64,000 nucleotides of DNA from Antedon mediterranea (GCF_964355755.1 NC_092670.1:21376795-21440794), one strand, 5' to 3'. Numbered from the stretch's first letter, positions 39,601-50,941 are shown. Notes: generated by a model not told the origin, from the letters alone. Numbers and translations: made by a program.

Positions 39601-42600
39601 TTCCAAACGGTATTTTTTCTCACGATTATTACATTAACAACAAAAGATTGTTGTTGGTTTTACCCGCTTGTGTCGTCAGTTTTTATGCGTCGTTGCTGCA
39701 GGGCCAAAGGTTACCAATGTCGAGCCACCATCTAAGCATACAAGCCAGACGATAATAACGTTAGAATGTAATCGAGATGATTGGGCCATTGGTGCCCCAC
39801 TGACATATCCAGGGATAGGCTTACTTTGCGGCCTAGAATGACTTACAGTTACTACTACAGTAGTACTTTAATCATTCAATTTTTGATACTGATTTTTTTT
39901 TTCTAATTTGACTTTTTACTTGGTGCTTTCATTAAATGATTCTCCTTGTTTTCTTTACAGTCCTGGCATTACGACTTAAATTAAGGAGGCCTAGAGAAGA
40001 GTTGGTCAGTCAGGGAATTATGCCTCGTAAGTATATTTTATTATTTAATATTAAGTGAAAGTGAATTATGATTCTGCATATTTTTTTTTCATTGTTAATC
40101 CTTGCTAGTTTCACTTTAAGTGAATGTTAAAATATTTTTTAAGTGAATGTTAAAATATTTTTTAAATGAATATTTTACTGCAGCAAGCAGATATTTGCCA
40201 GTGCTAGAATAATTAAAAGAAATATTATACTCATTTAACCTTTCTGCTTCTGTTTCGAACCTCATCTGGTATTTGGTTGTCCTGGCAATGGTATTCCTTA
40301 ACAATGCGCGTCCCCTATGGTCTATTCGTCTATTTATTAATTTATTCTTTTTGCGGTATCTTAATTAATGTAACTAGTTTTTAGTGGTCCTCCTATCACA
40401 AGCCCCTTAGGGTTACTTGGAGGTCCCTTTCATCGTTTAAAATATGTTTTACTCCTCGCTTGTTACTGTTTGTTTATGAGATGAATAAAAGAGATACTAC
40501 ACCAATTTCAGGATCTATTACAAATATATTATTATACATCTGTATAATGTTCCCTTAGCAATATTATATAAGTATCTAATAATATAATTATAGTTGCATA
40601 CATTAAAAAAAAGGTCAAAGGTGATCAGCTGTTGAGTGTACGAAGGTTAAATGTGATATCACTTGTGTATGACATCCCTATAATTTATATTAATTCAACA
40701 GTTGTCATCTTGATTAGTAATATAAATAACTCATCTATTTATACTAATTTTAAATTGATGATTTGTATACCCTTTGTATAAGTATTAAGAATAAGATAAA
40801 TGGTATACATGAGTATGTGGTGCCACAAGCAACAAATTTATTTATTGTGTTTAGTCCCTTATAAGAATAGAGGAATAACTATTTCTATAGAATGTATGTG
40901 TATGAGTTACTATTGATGTAGTAAAATAAAGAATTTGATGAACTTCTGTATTGGAGAAGTCCGCTTTACCAGTTTCAAATCATTAAACTTGTCTTCAACT
41001 AGTGTGTAGATCATAAGATGAGGCAGCTTCCTTTGTCACCAAGGCAACAGTGACATCATACTAGTCTAATTTTAATATCGGTTTAAAGTTTGTTTGTATT
41101 TTCAGATTAAGAAAAGAGAAACTATTATAAATAACTAACAAGTTTCAAATATAAATTTTATTAAAAAAATAGAATGTTTAAATTGTGTTTATACATTTCA
41201 TAATTGAATATTAGTAAATGTATTATTTTTATCAATAGTGCAGTAATGCTAGTCTGTTAGTAATAGGTGAAACCCAAAGTTTAAAATATAAATACCTATG
41301 CAAGTAGCACTATACGTTGCAAGTACAAGTAGGTATCATCAGTTACAGTAAAGACAGCAAACTTATATTTAAACTGTTATTAAACATCTGTGTTTTAAGC
41401 CGTTCCTTTGACAAAATGATTTCTCACGGACAGCTGTTTGTTGTGGATGATATAATAACTAATAATGCTTTGTTGTGACATCAGCTGTAGCGATGTTAAA
41501 ATTAGTACGCCCTCGCTCTTACAAAACCCATCATCAATGAGTATATATCACCATCCAAAGAAGGTTCGTGTCATCTCAATATCTACATCGTCACTACTGT
41601 GACATCATCACTATGCGACTTTATTGGCCAGTTATTCTTAGCCTCAACTTATGTTTATTTTAACTTCGATATGTGGTACAACCAAGTATGGGTAGACTGC
41701 CTGGCTTCTTTTTCTAGAAACTTTTCTTTTATTACTTTAACTTCCAAAAATAGCTTTCTTCTACAACTTTCTAAGAAGATGGCTTCAGAGTTGAAATTAA
41801 TTTTCTTCACTCCGCTGATAATTTTCTTTGAGACGCGACTGAGTTGATATATTGATGTGCTCAGTCGTTAGGGAAATCCCCCAAGACAAACTGTTCAGGT
41901 TTAATTGTTATGCTGCTTAATTGCTATGGAGATGAGGATGTCAAAGGTTGAAGGTTAAAGTTCAATTATTAGCGTATTTGATTTTTCTTTAAAGCACTTT
42001 ATTTTGTTTTTTGTTTTTAGCTTAGCTTTTACTAATTCAAATGATTACCCCTTTTCAAGTTATGTATCAAAGATGTTGTTGATTTTTTTTGTACTTAAAG
42101 TATTTTTTAACTTAAATTTACTACTTTTTCTATTTTTTTCAGCATTGAAGACACCGCCTGCTTTCCACGAGCAGAGACAAAGATTAGAAAGAGCAAAGGT
42201 ATGCAACTTGATTAATTACATCGGTTATACAAAAAAATAGAAATTAGTTTGCAGTTTACTAAATATAAATATTAAAATACTAGTACAACACTGAAAACCC
42301 AGAAATCTAGAAACTCTCCCACAACCAGAATTCTTTCAGATTCTTTGAAATGCATTGAGAAAACAAGATCAACTCAGCCAAGATTTATTTGATTCTGCCA
42401 TAAAACACAAAAGGGTTGTCACCTGATCCTACCGGAAATGATCACAATGGAATTATTTCCCAAGCGGAAGTTTTGATGAACATTAGTTGGTGTTGACATT
42501 ATTCAGCGACTTATTAGATGAGGTTGCTTCAGTGCGGCACGTAACCTAGTCTTAAGTACATGCACTTAATTAAGTTGTATCTGTACTATTTGTACATTGA

Positions 42601-45600
42601 TTAATCTTCATCTCATTAAGCCCTATCAATCTAGCAATGTCAGTGCTTTTCGTTATCTGGTGTTGATGGTGTTATATTCGTATCGACATAGTTTTTATGT
42701 TTTCCTTGTACTTTCAAATTGTCTGCTTATTCTTTTGCCATTACTGCAGTAATGTGATGTCTTATTTCCCTTCATTCGTATCAACACAGTTTTTGTCTTC
42801 CTTCCTTGTACTTTCAAAGTCTGTTTACGCTTTTGCAATTACTGCAGTATTATTTCCCTTGATTGTACGTTCAAAGTATTTTGTGCTTATTTAGTTACTG
42901 CAATAATGTGATTTTCACAGTCCAGTGACTTTATTTGTGGAAGTTACATGTGCATGTGTACTGTATCATATTGTTGTTACTGAAATATTTGTGTGTTTAT
43001 GCCATTGTTTTAATGTAATAACAAACTATATACATATTGGTTAATTTTTCCCATTAGACATGTATAAATCCATTGGCGTTACCACTCATTGAACAATATA
43101 TTATTTTTGTTAAAAGGTAGTGTTGACTCTTGTGCAAGTTGTTTGTATATGTAGGTTCTCACTTGTGCTGATGACAGATAAATTAAGTATAAGATATCCC
43201 TAAGGATATAGAACATGTTGGACATAATAACATGGCCTATTTCTAGGTCCCTTGACATGGATTTGACCTAGTACTATCTAAGATCTGACTTGAGGCTTGT
43301 GTGGGACATACCAGAGGCCTGAAGGCGGGACATACCACCAGTGTAGCCAAGAGATACCTCCTACTTTACTATTATTCATACACCTACCTCCCCAGCCTGG
43401 AGACTAACGTGTGTTCTTTACCAAATTGCACCATGGACTATTGACCATTTGCTATGATCCAGGTGAAAAAATAAACTGTTCAGCTTACTTTAATCCAGGT
43501 CAGGTTAAAAGCCATTTCTGTGCTGAAGCATATTGCCAACTTCCTTTTAAAAAATGCAGTAAAAAGTCTAATACCTTGGTCACACCTTCCTCCGCGCATT
43601 TTAAAATAATAAATCCGGTGGTCGTATAGTATATATTTATTCTGAAATAAGTGGCTGGCTGACTAAGTCCATAGATTCTCGTTCTATCTGTGCCACATAT
43701 AATACCAGACCAACACAATCCATCTCTGATTTAACCTTAATGATAATTACATTAATTTGACATGGAAAGCGTGGGTATAGCATTCTGTTTTTAAAGATGT
43801 AGCTATCCAATATTCTTTCCAAGAATGGGTAAAACTAATAAAATCATTTTAGAGAACTAAATAATTATAATTTAATAACTACTATATTTGCAACTCTTTG
43901 GAGAAACAAAATCTGAAATCAGAAAAAAATTTGATGATAATTTTTGTAGACATAGCCTTGGGGTGTAAGACTGAGTTACCCGCCAATGTTTGCTTATTAG
44001 AAGAGTTACACAATAATCATACAATTTCCAAATTTAATTCCGCACGTGCAGGATTTAGAAATCTAGGTAACAATATGTGCAGTGTTCTATCAGTGTTAAT
44101 GTGATTCGACATTTGCTCTCTTTAAGGCCACCGTTCAAGCTGAGATGAAATGATTGAATGTGACTCTAAGAAGGCCTAGATTCACAATACCTTTTCACTT
44201 ATTTTTTGTTGAGGATTTTTATTTTGTTTATTCAGTGTTCTCCTAATTTCAAAATCAATTCCAGAAGTAAGATACCAAATCTTAAGTTATAGGCTATAAA
44301 GCTCTGTCTACACTATCAAATTTATGTGACAACAAATTGTGATGCAGACATGTTGATGTCATATCACTACCATATTTGGCCATATCACTACCACATTTGA
44401 GCACATCACACTTTTTTTTGTCAAACTAGTTTGATAGTGTAGACACACAGAGCTTTAGATTTATCTAAATCTTAATTTTAAAAAAAGGTCAAATATAGTG
44501 TATTTATTCATTTGAAAAAAAAACCAATGCTGTGGTGAGGTCACAAGATCCTAAGAATTTTAAAAAGTGTTTCAGTTAAAACCTTATCCACTGTACTGGT
44601 GATTACAGCCCTGCAAAATGTAGCCTCTTGTTTGCTCTTGTGTAGTGGCTGACCTAGCCTACCCCTATACCAAGTATTTTCTGGTTGGAGGTAATATATG
44701 CTGGTAAAAGCGGCATCAGGTGAACACTGCTCCTGATTCTTTATTTGGTAATTTTAATGTACAGATCGTGCGCAAGAAGTCTGCTTTTCTCATTGGAATA
44801 GTTACCCCTCTTCCCATCTAGTTCCCCTGCCTAAAGCCATTTCAAAGATGTTCATATCCTCATCCCATGGGAAATACATAGAACATATTTTGATGGTTCA
44901 AAGACTATGATTTGGGTCATTGAACCAAAAGATTGCTTTAAGAATTTGTATTTCACTATGGTTCATTAAACATAATAATATAAATGTTTCTTTTAATTAG
45001 TATTAAACATTAATGGTCTGTATTTGAATGAGCTTCCATAACTAATAATTGGAAATAACAATTTTGTAAATTAGGGTAAGGTATTTATATGGTGTAGAAG
45101 AGTTCCAGTCTTAGTTGGATCAACTTTTTTACATATTTTCTCATTTACATCTATGTAATTTCATGTGTGGCTGATATTTCTCTCCTTTAGTTTAAATTGA
45201 AATATACAGTTTTTAAAACTTGGTGGCTTAGAGCTATGAACCCCAAATTTGTTATCTGGAGGATGTGGGTTTGAGTCCTAATTTATTTAGAAGTATTTAC
45301 GAATGAGTATTCTATTCAATTATTTTACAGTACAACTGACTTGTGACTATAATATTATCACTTAAAAAAAAAACAATTTCTGCCAAAGGGTTGCCACAAT
45401 TTCTTTCAGTATTTTGTGTAGTCTATTATACTAATTATGCTGAGGGTCAAAGGTGATGATTTTTATTTCAGTCAAGTAGTCGATGTATTCTATTTCACCT
45501 GTAAATTCATAATCAACCACTTTCACTAAAGTTAATTCTAATCATTTGTTTTTGTTAACTTCTCAACTGCCTCTGGCTCAGTGCTAAGTTTCTCATACTG

Positions 45601-48600
45601 AATGTGGTAATTATCTGAGAACACTTGTTGTCATTTACGCTCCTGGCAGAGAGAACTCGATAACGTCAAGAATCTTATAACGACGTGGGTCTCATAACAA
45701 CATGGGTCTTGCTATGCTTTGGGCCTAGCCTAAAAGAAAACATTCTTTTGACCCCTGTTCTAGGGATATTTACTGTATTTTAAGAGGCTTAACAAGCAAA
45801 TGGTGGGTGTTTTACCCACTCTATGACTGGCCTGGAAGAAAAAAATAACTTTAATTAGCCAATTATACTCCATGTAGAAAGGTATACATTGACCTAGTAA
45901 GAATGTATATCCTGGTGAACAATATTATATTTACAAATGAGAAGGAGTTTGTGGTTAATTAAGAGTAATTGTCAGTTGATACTGCAATTAGCAAATGTAC
46001 TAGCTACCCACAAACCCTGGTAAGTGACAGAGCCATTGTTTATGACAAGCTTTGTAGGGAAAAAAACCATTATCCACTATAACCTAATTATTAGGTGGTG
46101 TAAGGTTGTAGAAAGGACAAAAGTTACCTAATTGTTAGTCTAAAGCTTGTTTTATATCTTGAAATTAAATCACGGAAAATAATGAGCTTTTCGATACTTA
46201 AAATGAACTTGGGAAAATGTCCATATCACACTTGCTATGTTGTAATGTAGTATATGAAAGTGTACCAAGCTTTGTGACAAGCAGTCTGTACACACTTGAG
46301 TGGGAAATATAGTGCGCCTTGCAGTAGATAGCTATGCAATGTTATTATCTGTTGCCGTTATAATTGTTACGGCGAAAAATATTTCAGAATCTTCCAATCT
46401 TCACAAAAGGTGATATTATAAGTGTCTGCACACCTGTTATAGATATGCAAATCATTCTAAAATCAGCAGAAAACAAGTGTCAATTAACTTTGAATTCCTT
46501 GGTCATCATCTAATTATATATTCAGGTATTCAGCCAATCGCAATACAAGTTGACCTTTTTACAAAACTTGATTTATACGCTTCTAATTATGTTCTATAGG
46601 TCGGTTACATCAGGCAATCGAGATAGTGAATATAATATCTCTATTATCAAGATTGATACCTGTTTTATATAGTATATAAATATTAATTTTTACATTACAA
46701 TATGACATGGCATGATGATATGATAAAATATGATAAAAATACATAGTTCCATAAAATGACTAGAAAATGTCTACTGTTTTATGGTTAGTTTAAAGAGAAA
46801 GTTGACACTTGGCAATATTCTTATATAAGTTTATTATTTTTGCTGTGATGTTCAGTAATATGAAATAAGATACTGAAGCTTGATGGTTGCTTACCAATAC
46901 CATAATGTTTGCAAAATGTTCTGTATCAAAGGTATATTCAAGTACATTTGTTCACAAACAGATCCATCGGAAAATTGACCTAATCTTGCTATACACTATG
47001 TTAGTTTGTGATGTGTGTTTTCGAGTACAATTATTTAAAACTAATTATAATCTTTTTTTAATAGGTTGGTGATTGTTTACAAAGGAAAATCAGAATGAGG
47101 CCAGATAAATCACAATTAATAAATCAACACATTCTAGAAGGTAAATACAAAAACAAAAGAGTATTCACTGACCCAGATCAATACTAATTAATAACTTCTT
47201 CATTAGATTTTATGCAACTTGTTTAATGTCAAAGGTTGAAGATAATTGTGAGTTAAACATGGGAAAGTGTGATATGTTATGGTGTAAATAATTATGCTAA
47301 AAAAGTTTCTAAAATATCCAGCTGCAGAGGGCAGCATTTACTGTGAGATTTGTATTATTAATTAATTTTAATTATTATAATAAAATGCTTTTTAATTTAT
47401 AAAATAAATTCAAAACTGACAAATATTATTGTTCTCATTTTTTTTCTAGACACCAGTACAGATCCACTAGTAAGTGCGACACACCAGCGCTTAAAACGAG
47501 CGCGGTTAGAGCGGGATCTTGAAGGGAAGATTAAAAATCGACCAGGTCCTTTGGAATTAATTGAAGAGAATATTTTGAAAACAGATAATTTAGTTGAGCA
47601 GATAATCAAAGGTAAGGATTGATAGAGGAAGAGTGAAATGTGTGTATAGGGTACAAACTAGTAATAGTATGAGTGTGGATCTTGCACCAAAGTTTTCAAA
47701 ACATTTTTATGTAATGGACAAAAATCAGTTAAGGCAAAATTAAAATTATTATTATATTATTATTAAATTATATTATTATACCTTATTATTTCATTTGTTT
47801 TTACAGATGGTTCTGTTGCCTTTATGAAAACAAACAGTATGGACATGCTGGACGAGGAGAGTCAAGAAATTTGCACTGATGAACCACCCTCACCTTCTCA
47901 ATCAGAATCATCTTCTGTTCTCTTTCCAGATGTCAGGTTTGCAAATGTTCCATCACCTCCAGATATTAGTACATTCTTTGAACGTTTAAAAAACGAATCC
48001 GGATTAAATACGCCGTTACTTGCCGCAAGTGGCTTACTTTCTCCTGGTCTAGATTCTGGATTGACGAGCCCTCAACAAGTGACGCCCCCAACACCGTCTT
48101 TATTTTCAATGCCGCCAACTCATACAAAGACATCGTCTTCATCGTCGTCATCAACAACTTCATCAAAATCTAGAAAAAAGCAAGCAAAGCGACCGAAACC
48201 AAAAGAGATAAAATTTCATGAGTACAAGCCCCCAAATGATACTAATAATAAAACATTGGCATCAGCAACTGATGATAACCCATATAATCTGCTATTAATG
48301 CAACAGCAGTTATTTTTGCAGCTGCAGTTACTGCAGCAACAACAGGCAATGCAACAGCAGTCAGGTAATCCAAAAGAACCAACCACATCCACATCCAGTT
48401 TGGGATCAATTGCATCTCCTGGAGGTAACACTGACACTGTGCCGGCAATACCACTAAAAGTTGGTAAAATTACTGGAAACCTAGAAGATATGAAAGTAGC
48501 TGAATTAAAAATTGAGTTGAAAGCCAGAGGACTTCATGTGTCCGGTACAAAACCACAACTTGTGGAACGTCTGCGGCCTTACACAGAAGCTTATGCAAGT

Positions 48601-50735
48601 CGTTCAAATTCAACATCCTCTACATACGATATCTCAACATCATCCCCACAAGGTAAAGTCAGCAGTTCAACAGATATTCCATTAGATGTAATGAGCGACA
48701 TCAGTGCTCCCTCATCTATCAGCAGCCCTCCAGTGTCACCACCAGAAATCAAACAATTACCTTCTGTCAAGTCTGAACCTATGTCACCTGGAAGTGTTTT
48801 TATGGATCCAATGTCGCCACAAAATCTCCAAAGCCAAATTGATTCTTTCACAATTTCTTCTCAGAATCCGCTGGAGGATTTCAAGCTTCACAGATCACCA
48901 AGTTCTGGCAGCATGAGGTCAAAGACCATTCCAATGGATATGGACAGTAATAGCAATCTTGAGCCATGTTTGGCAGACCTCACTTCTGAAGATCCCTCTC
49001 AGAATGATTCTAGCGACCTTGTGAAGCAGCAACAGAGGAAAATAGAAGAACTCCAACAGCAGTTACTTCTATCACAAATGCAAATACAACAACAGAAGCA
49101 ACAGTTACAGAGCCGACCTCCACCACCGCCGCCTCCACCCCTGCCACCACCAAGTCAAGCAGGCAATATGCGGCTGCAAACGACGACATCAACTCCGCAG
49201 TCTCTTATTCCAGGCATGATTAGGACAGTTCCAAGTCAGCTCTCTGCAGGTCAGATAAAGGTTACAAATACTACGTCTGGATCACCAGTAGGTCAACCAC
49301 CATCGTTCCAAGTTTCGCAAAGCCTTGCAGCTACTACTAAGGCGTTCTCATTTGGTATTCCTGCCACTGCACAACAGTTTACAATTCCAAAACATACAAT
49401 GGATTTGAAATCGGTTTCATTACCTAATGGGTTGTTTTCATCTACGAAAGCATCATCGTTGCCCAACAGCCCTACGGACACAATCACAGATGCATCAAGT
49501 TTGTCACGGTCATTGACGAATCCTACATTCACAATCCCGCCACCTAAGTATGAGGATGCTGTTCGACACAGTAAGGTAAGTCTATAGAACATGTTTACTT
49601 CGATATAACACAACACTTTCAAATTCAAAAAATGGATGTATTATGTTTTTAAAATCATGTAATTTACTCTTTGGCCCATCTTTTCACACAATTTATTCTA
49701 GATAAAGAATGGTAACCAAGCACAAGCAGGAGGAAATGCACGCAGTACACACACGCAAGACCTGGATGATCTATTAGAAGTTCTGGTGGACCATGGATGT
49801 AAGTTTTTTAAACCAATCCCATACTATAATGTTCACCTCATACTACGTGCCCTAAAGGCTTTCAATGTTCATGATGGATGTTTTTTTCTGTTTTTGTAAT
49901 CTATTAACAAAGTATTGACTACTAAGGAGGAATACACAGCTATTTTTGGTTCAAATTGTTCAATTGTTTAAACCAATGATAAACTTTGGAGATACAGTAT
50001 GATATTATTGGACGTTATATAATACTAATATATAATATACTAATATAATATCTAATGATTATCTTTTCAGATCAACTTCCCTTAACTCCTAGAAATCGAG
50101 GACACTTTACAGTTTCTAATAGCTTCCCCCAAACAATCACATTAACACAGTCACCTCAGCGAGTTCATCTATCGCCCCCTTTAACACCCCCAGAAGCACG
50201 CCACCCTCCACTGAATGCCATCTCTCGTTCCATGCCTCCTTCACATATGACCACTGAATTACCAATGGACATTGATGCAGAATTGAGTTTGGGAACAATC
50301 GATCTTGGAGTTGTAAAGAGTGAAAGAGTTTCACCTGACATGAAGAAAGAAGACCAACTTGCAAACTCTTTAGACATTACAATGATTGATGGCGATTCAA
50401 ACATTCTTGGCCTAGGAACGGATTCTTTAACAGGAACGTGCGCAAGTGCAGCAGACACACATCTTGACAATTGGTCGTTGACAGGACACTGTGCAAGCTC
50501 TTCGGACACAAATGTCGACAATTGGTTAGATTTAGTTATCCCAAGCTCTGGGAGTACGTTGACCCCGGTCAGCTGCACGCCACCAACGGGTCTATCAATT
50601 GAAAACGTTCTTGGGAATCCGCTTGGAAAGGATCCGTTTTCGTTGAATTTATTTGATCTAGGTGAAATAAGTACGCCGACGGATCTACATCATCTTGAAG
50701 GTGACGGATGGGACAATATACCAGTTGGCGAGTAG
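6112..50735 (+). CDS. MRTF: Myocardin-related transcription factor (MRTF/MKL/myocardin family), long poly-Q isoform: join(6112..6676,39961..40026,42143..42198,47065..47140,47450..47611,47807..49575,49702..49798,50071..50735), 1151 aa from the first ATG
   Basis: All introns are GT-AG, phases are consistent and the total is 3456 nt. Junction LEKKKDV|LALRLKLRRPREELVSQGIMP matches vertebrate MRTF RKNVLQLKLQQRRTREELVSQGIMP. Motifs present: three RPELs, B1 (KPKEIKFHEYKPP), Q (YNLLLMQQQLFLQLQLL), SAP (LEDMKVAELKIELKARGLHVSGTKPQLVERL), coiled coil, PPKYEDA and DDLLEVL. Confidence 0.9.
6424..6609 (+). repeat. Coding CAG/CAA poly-glutamine tract punctuated by Leu
   Basis: DQRLQLQHQQLLQQQLQQQQLQQQQLQQQQQLQQQQQQQLQQLQQQRQQQQLQQQQLQQQLQ, encoded by mixed CAG/CAA codons. 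Confidence 0.9.
6780..7160 (+). mobile_element. Degenerate L2/CR1-type LINE 3' fragment
   Basis: The repeated unit encodes LLVRYNPCRS, compared with the L2 ORF2 C-terminal LLxxYxPxRSLRS. The region ends agcgctgtgag...tagcggtttataaa followed by an (ATT)n tail at ~7133-7157. Confidence 0.4.
6796..6954. repeat. Tandem triplication of a 53-bp unit
   Basis: cagtctactcgtccgttacaacccttgccgttcatggtagtcgctgc recurs at 6802, 6855 and 6908, almost identically. Confidence 0.95.
10024..10188. repeat. Local duplication (~116-bp period)
   Basis: catcctctgcttttaaa(a)tgcaagtcaattaaaatcgctacagtaact occurs at ~10024 and ~10140. Confidence 0.8.
10569..10591. mobile_element. 23-bp TIR-TIR remnant (CATGGAGG family) with 7-bp TSD
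   Basis: ctgtact|catggaggaataatacctccatg|ctgtact, with an exact 7-bp duplication at 10562-10568 and 10592-10598. Confidence 0.75.
12947..13371. mobile_element. MITE with ~21-bp TIRs and internal taaccggtta motifs
   Basis: gagtctgtttctgctgcataa versus ttatgcagcagaaacaggccc (19/21 inverted match). A truncated copy of the left end lies at 21893-21950. Confidence 0.75.
17261..17289. mobile_element. 29-bp TIR-TIR remnant (CATGGAGG family)
   Basis: catggaggaatttaattatttcctccatg has the same termini as 10569-10591. Flanks attatac/atattac match 5/7, consistent with a decayed TSD. Confidence 0.6.
17620..18000. repeat. Degenerate minisatellite (~20-22 bp unit, consensus near atccaggtacttgcacatat)
   Basis: More than a dozen atccagg(t/g)actt cores. 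This explains the 17611..17829 ORF. Confidence 0.85.
19478..20190. repeat. Tandem ~140-bp duplication (two clear copies plus one decayed); copy 1 is interrupted by the TTAA MITE
   Basis: ttattcatattatttgtgaatgttctagtatattagttcgtacagtactcattt occurs at ~19481 and ~19968. The downstream aattaattgctccatagtttattta is also duplicated. Confidence 0.85.
19537..19882. mobile_element. Kolobok-type non-autonomous element (TTAA TSD)
   Basis: ttaa|agatgtattgtccccc ... gggggacaatatatct|ttaa. AG...CT termini with a TTAA target fit Kolobok. The interior is homologous to 63201-63526. Confidence 0.8.
21893..21950 (+). mobile_element. Truncated left end of the 12947-13371 MITE family
   Basis: gggtctgtttctgctgcata...aaatagatttaaaat matches 12947-13003. 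Confidence 0.6.
22030..23330 (+). promoter_or_regulatory. Candidate internal promoter for the basic-exon MRTF isoform
   Basis: CCAAT/ATTGG boxes at 22035, 22231, 22287, 22513, 22551 and 23276, and TATAAA at 23317-23322, ~560 bp upstream of ATG 23880. Confidence 0.45.
23880..23967 (+). CDS. MRTF: MRTF alternative N-terminal coding exon B (basic, NLS-like): MFMTRKRPRKPTSRKNGAPKEKKVKKDKK
   Basis: ATG + 29 codons + 1 nt, then the canonical donor T|gtaagt. Phase 1 fits the RPEL1 exon, giving ...KKDKKF-LALRLKLRRPREEL, and it ends KKDKK like exon A's KKKD. Predicted isoform 992 aa. Confidence 0.7.
25905..26310. repeat. Local duplication (~295-bp period)
   Basis: actatctataatt...aaccaaccatgagaaatg(g/c)caactttacatt.tatcag.tacttttgcaac occurs at ~25908 and ~26202. 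Confidence 0.8.
29372..29703. mobile_element. Harbinger/Tourist-like MITE
   Basis: taa|ggga...tccc|taa gives a TAA TSD, with imperfect TIRs (aaatacaca.tgcag...ttactgcag versus ctgcagtaactgcagaagtgtatattt). Confidence 0.5.
32085..32214. mobile_element. Small Harbinger-like MITE
   Basis: Inverted termini gcttggttcccactaga ... tctagggggaaccaagc, with internal (t/c)gcaa / ttgcg repeats. Confidence 0.65.
36478..36592. repeat. Degenerate tandem repeat, ~38-bp unit x3
   Basis: tatgctatgtttat...cagagg recurs at ~36483, ~36521 and ~36558. Confidence 0.6.
39961..40026 (+). CDS. MRTF: MRTF exon: RPEL1
   Basis: ttctttacag| ... |gtaagt; encodes xLALRLKLRRPREELVSQGIMP. Confidence 0.95.
42143..42198 (+). 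CDS. MRTF: MRTF exon: RPEL1-RPEL2 spacer
   Basis: tttttcag| ... |gtatgc; encodes PLKTPPAFHEQRQRLERAK, compared with vertebrate PLKSPAAFHEQRRSLERAR. Confidence 0.95.
42700..42915. repeat. Degenerate tandem duplication (~100 bp)
   Basis: ttccttgtactttcaaa...cttttgc.attactgcagta occurs at ~42702 and ~42802. Confidence 0.6.
44300..44454. mobile_element. Harbinger-like MITE carrying a perfect CArG box
   Basis: taa|agctctgtctacactatcaaa ... tttgatagtgtagac(acac)agagct|tta. Internal 21-bp unit catatcactacca.atttg; CCATATTTGG at 44370-44379. A second copy lies at 62296-62452. Confidence 0.8.
47065..47140 (+). CDS. MRTF: MRTF exon: RPEL2
   Basis: ttttaatag| ... |gtaaat; encodes VGDCLQRKIRMRPDKSQLINQHILE. 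Confidence 0.95.
47450..47611 (+). CDS. MRTF: MRTF exon: B2 basic box + RPEL3
   Basis: ttttctag| ... |gtaagg; encodes DTSTDPLVSATHQRLKRARLERDLEGKIKNRPGPLELIEENILKTDNLVEQIIK. Confidence 0.95.
47807..49575 (+). CDS. MRTF: MRTF large exon: B1, Q, SAP, coiled coil, poly-Pro, PPKY
   Basis: tttttacag| at 47806, in frame with the 587-aa track ORF; donor AAG|gtaagt at 49575. Confidence 0.95.
49702..49798 (+). CDS. MRTF: MRTF exon: start of transactivation domain
   Basis: ttattctag| ... |gtaagt; encodes IKNGNQAQAGGNARSTHTQDLDDLLEVLVDHG, compared with vertebrate SQQMDDLFDILIQSG. Confidence 0.9.
50071..50735 (+). CDS. MRTF: MRTF terminal coding exon (acidic transactivation domain)
   Basis: cttttcag| at 50070, in frame with the 226-aa track ORF; contains DNWLDL and FSLNLFD; stop TAG at 50733-50735. 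Confidence 0.9.
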
Positions 50736-50941
50736 TTCTGAAATAAAACTTGATAGATAAGTTATGGCACTTTATTATACGTTCAGTTCAATATTACTTG
50801 CATGATACGAATTATACGAACTAGCTGGCTAGCGACTGGATAGAATACTGTACCATATACCTCACTTATTCAAACTCTTCCATGGTTTCCTAGACAACTG
50901 TTACACGGCTGTAAAAAGTGCCTCATGCATGTAATTGCAAT

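Noticed and set aside
698-46900. Remaining 60-95 aa track ORFs in introns and intergenic DNA
   Set aside because: Compositions are typical of random AT-rich sequence (I/F/L/Y/K-rich), with no domains or coherent splice structure.
49571-49576. Alternative donor gtaagg 5 nt upstream of the used donor
   Set aside because: It would frameshift the following conserved DDLLEVL exon; the 49575 donor is stronger and in phase.
47966-50578. Antisense and off-frame ORFs overlapping the large MRTF exons
   Set aside because: Shadows of a Ser/Pro/Gln-rich coding sequence with no independent motifs.
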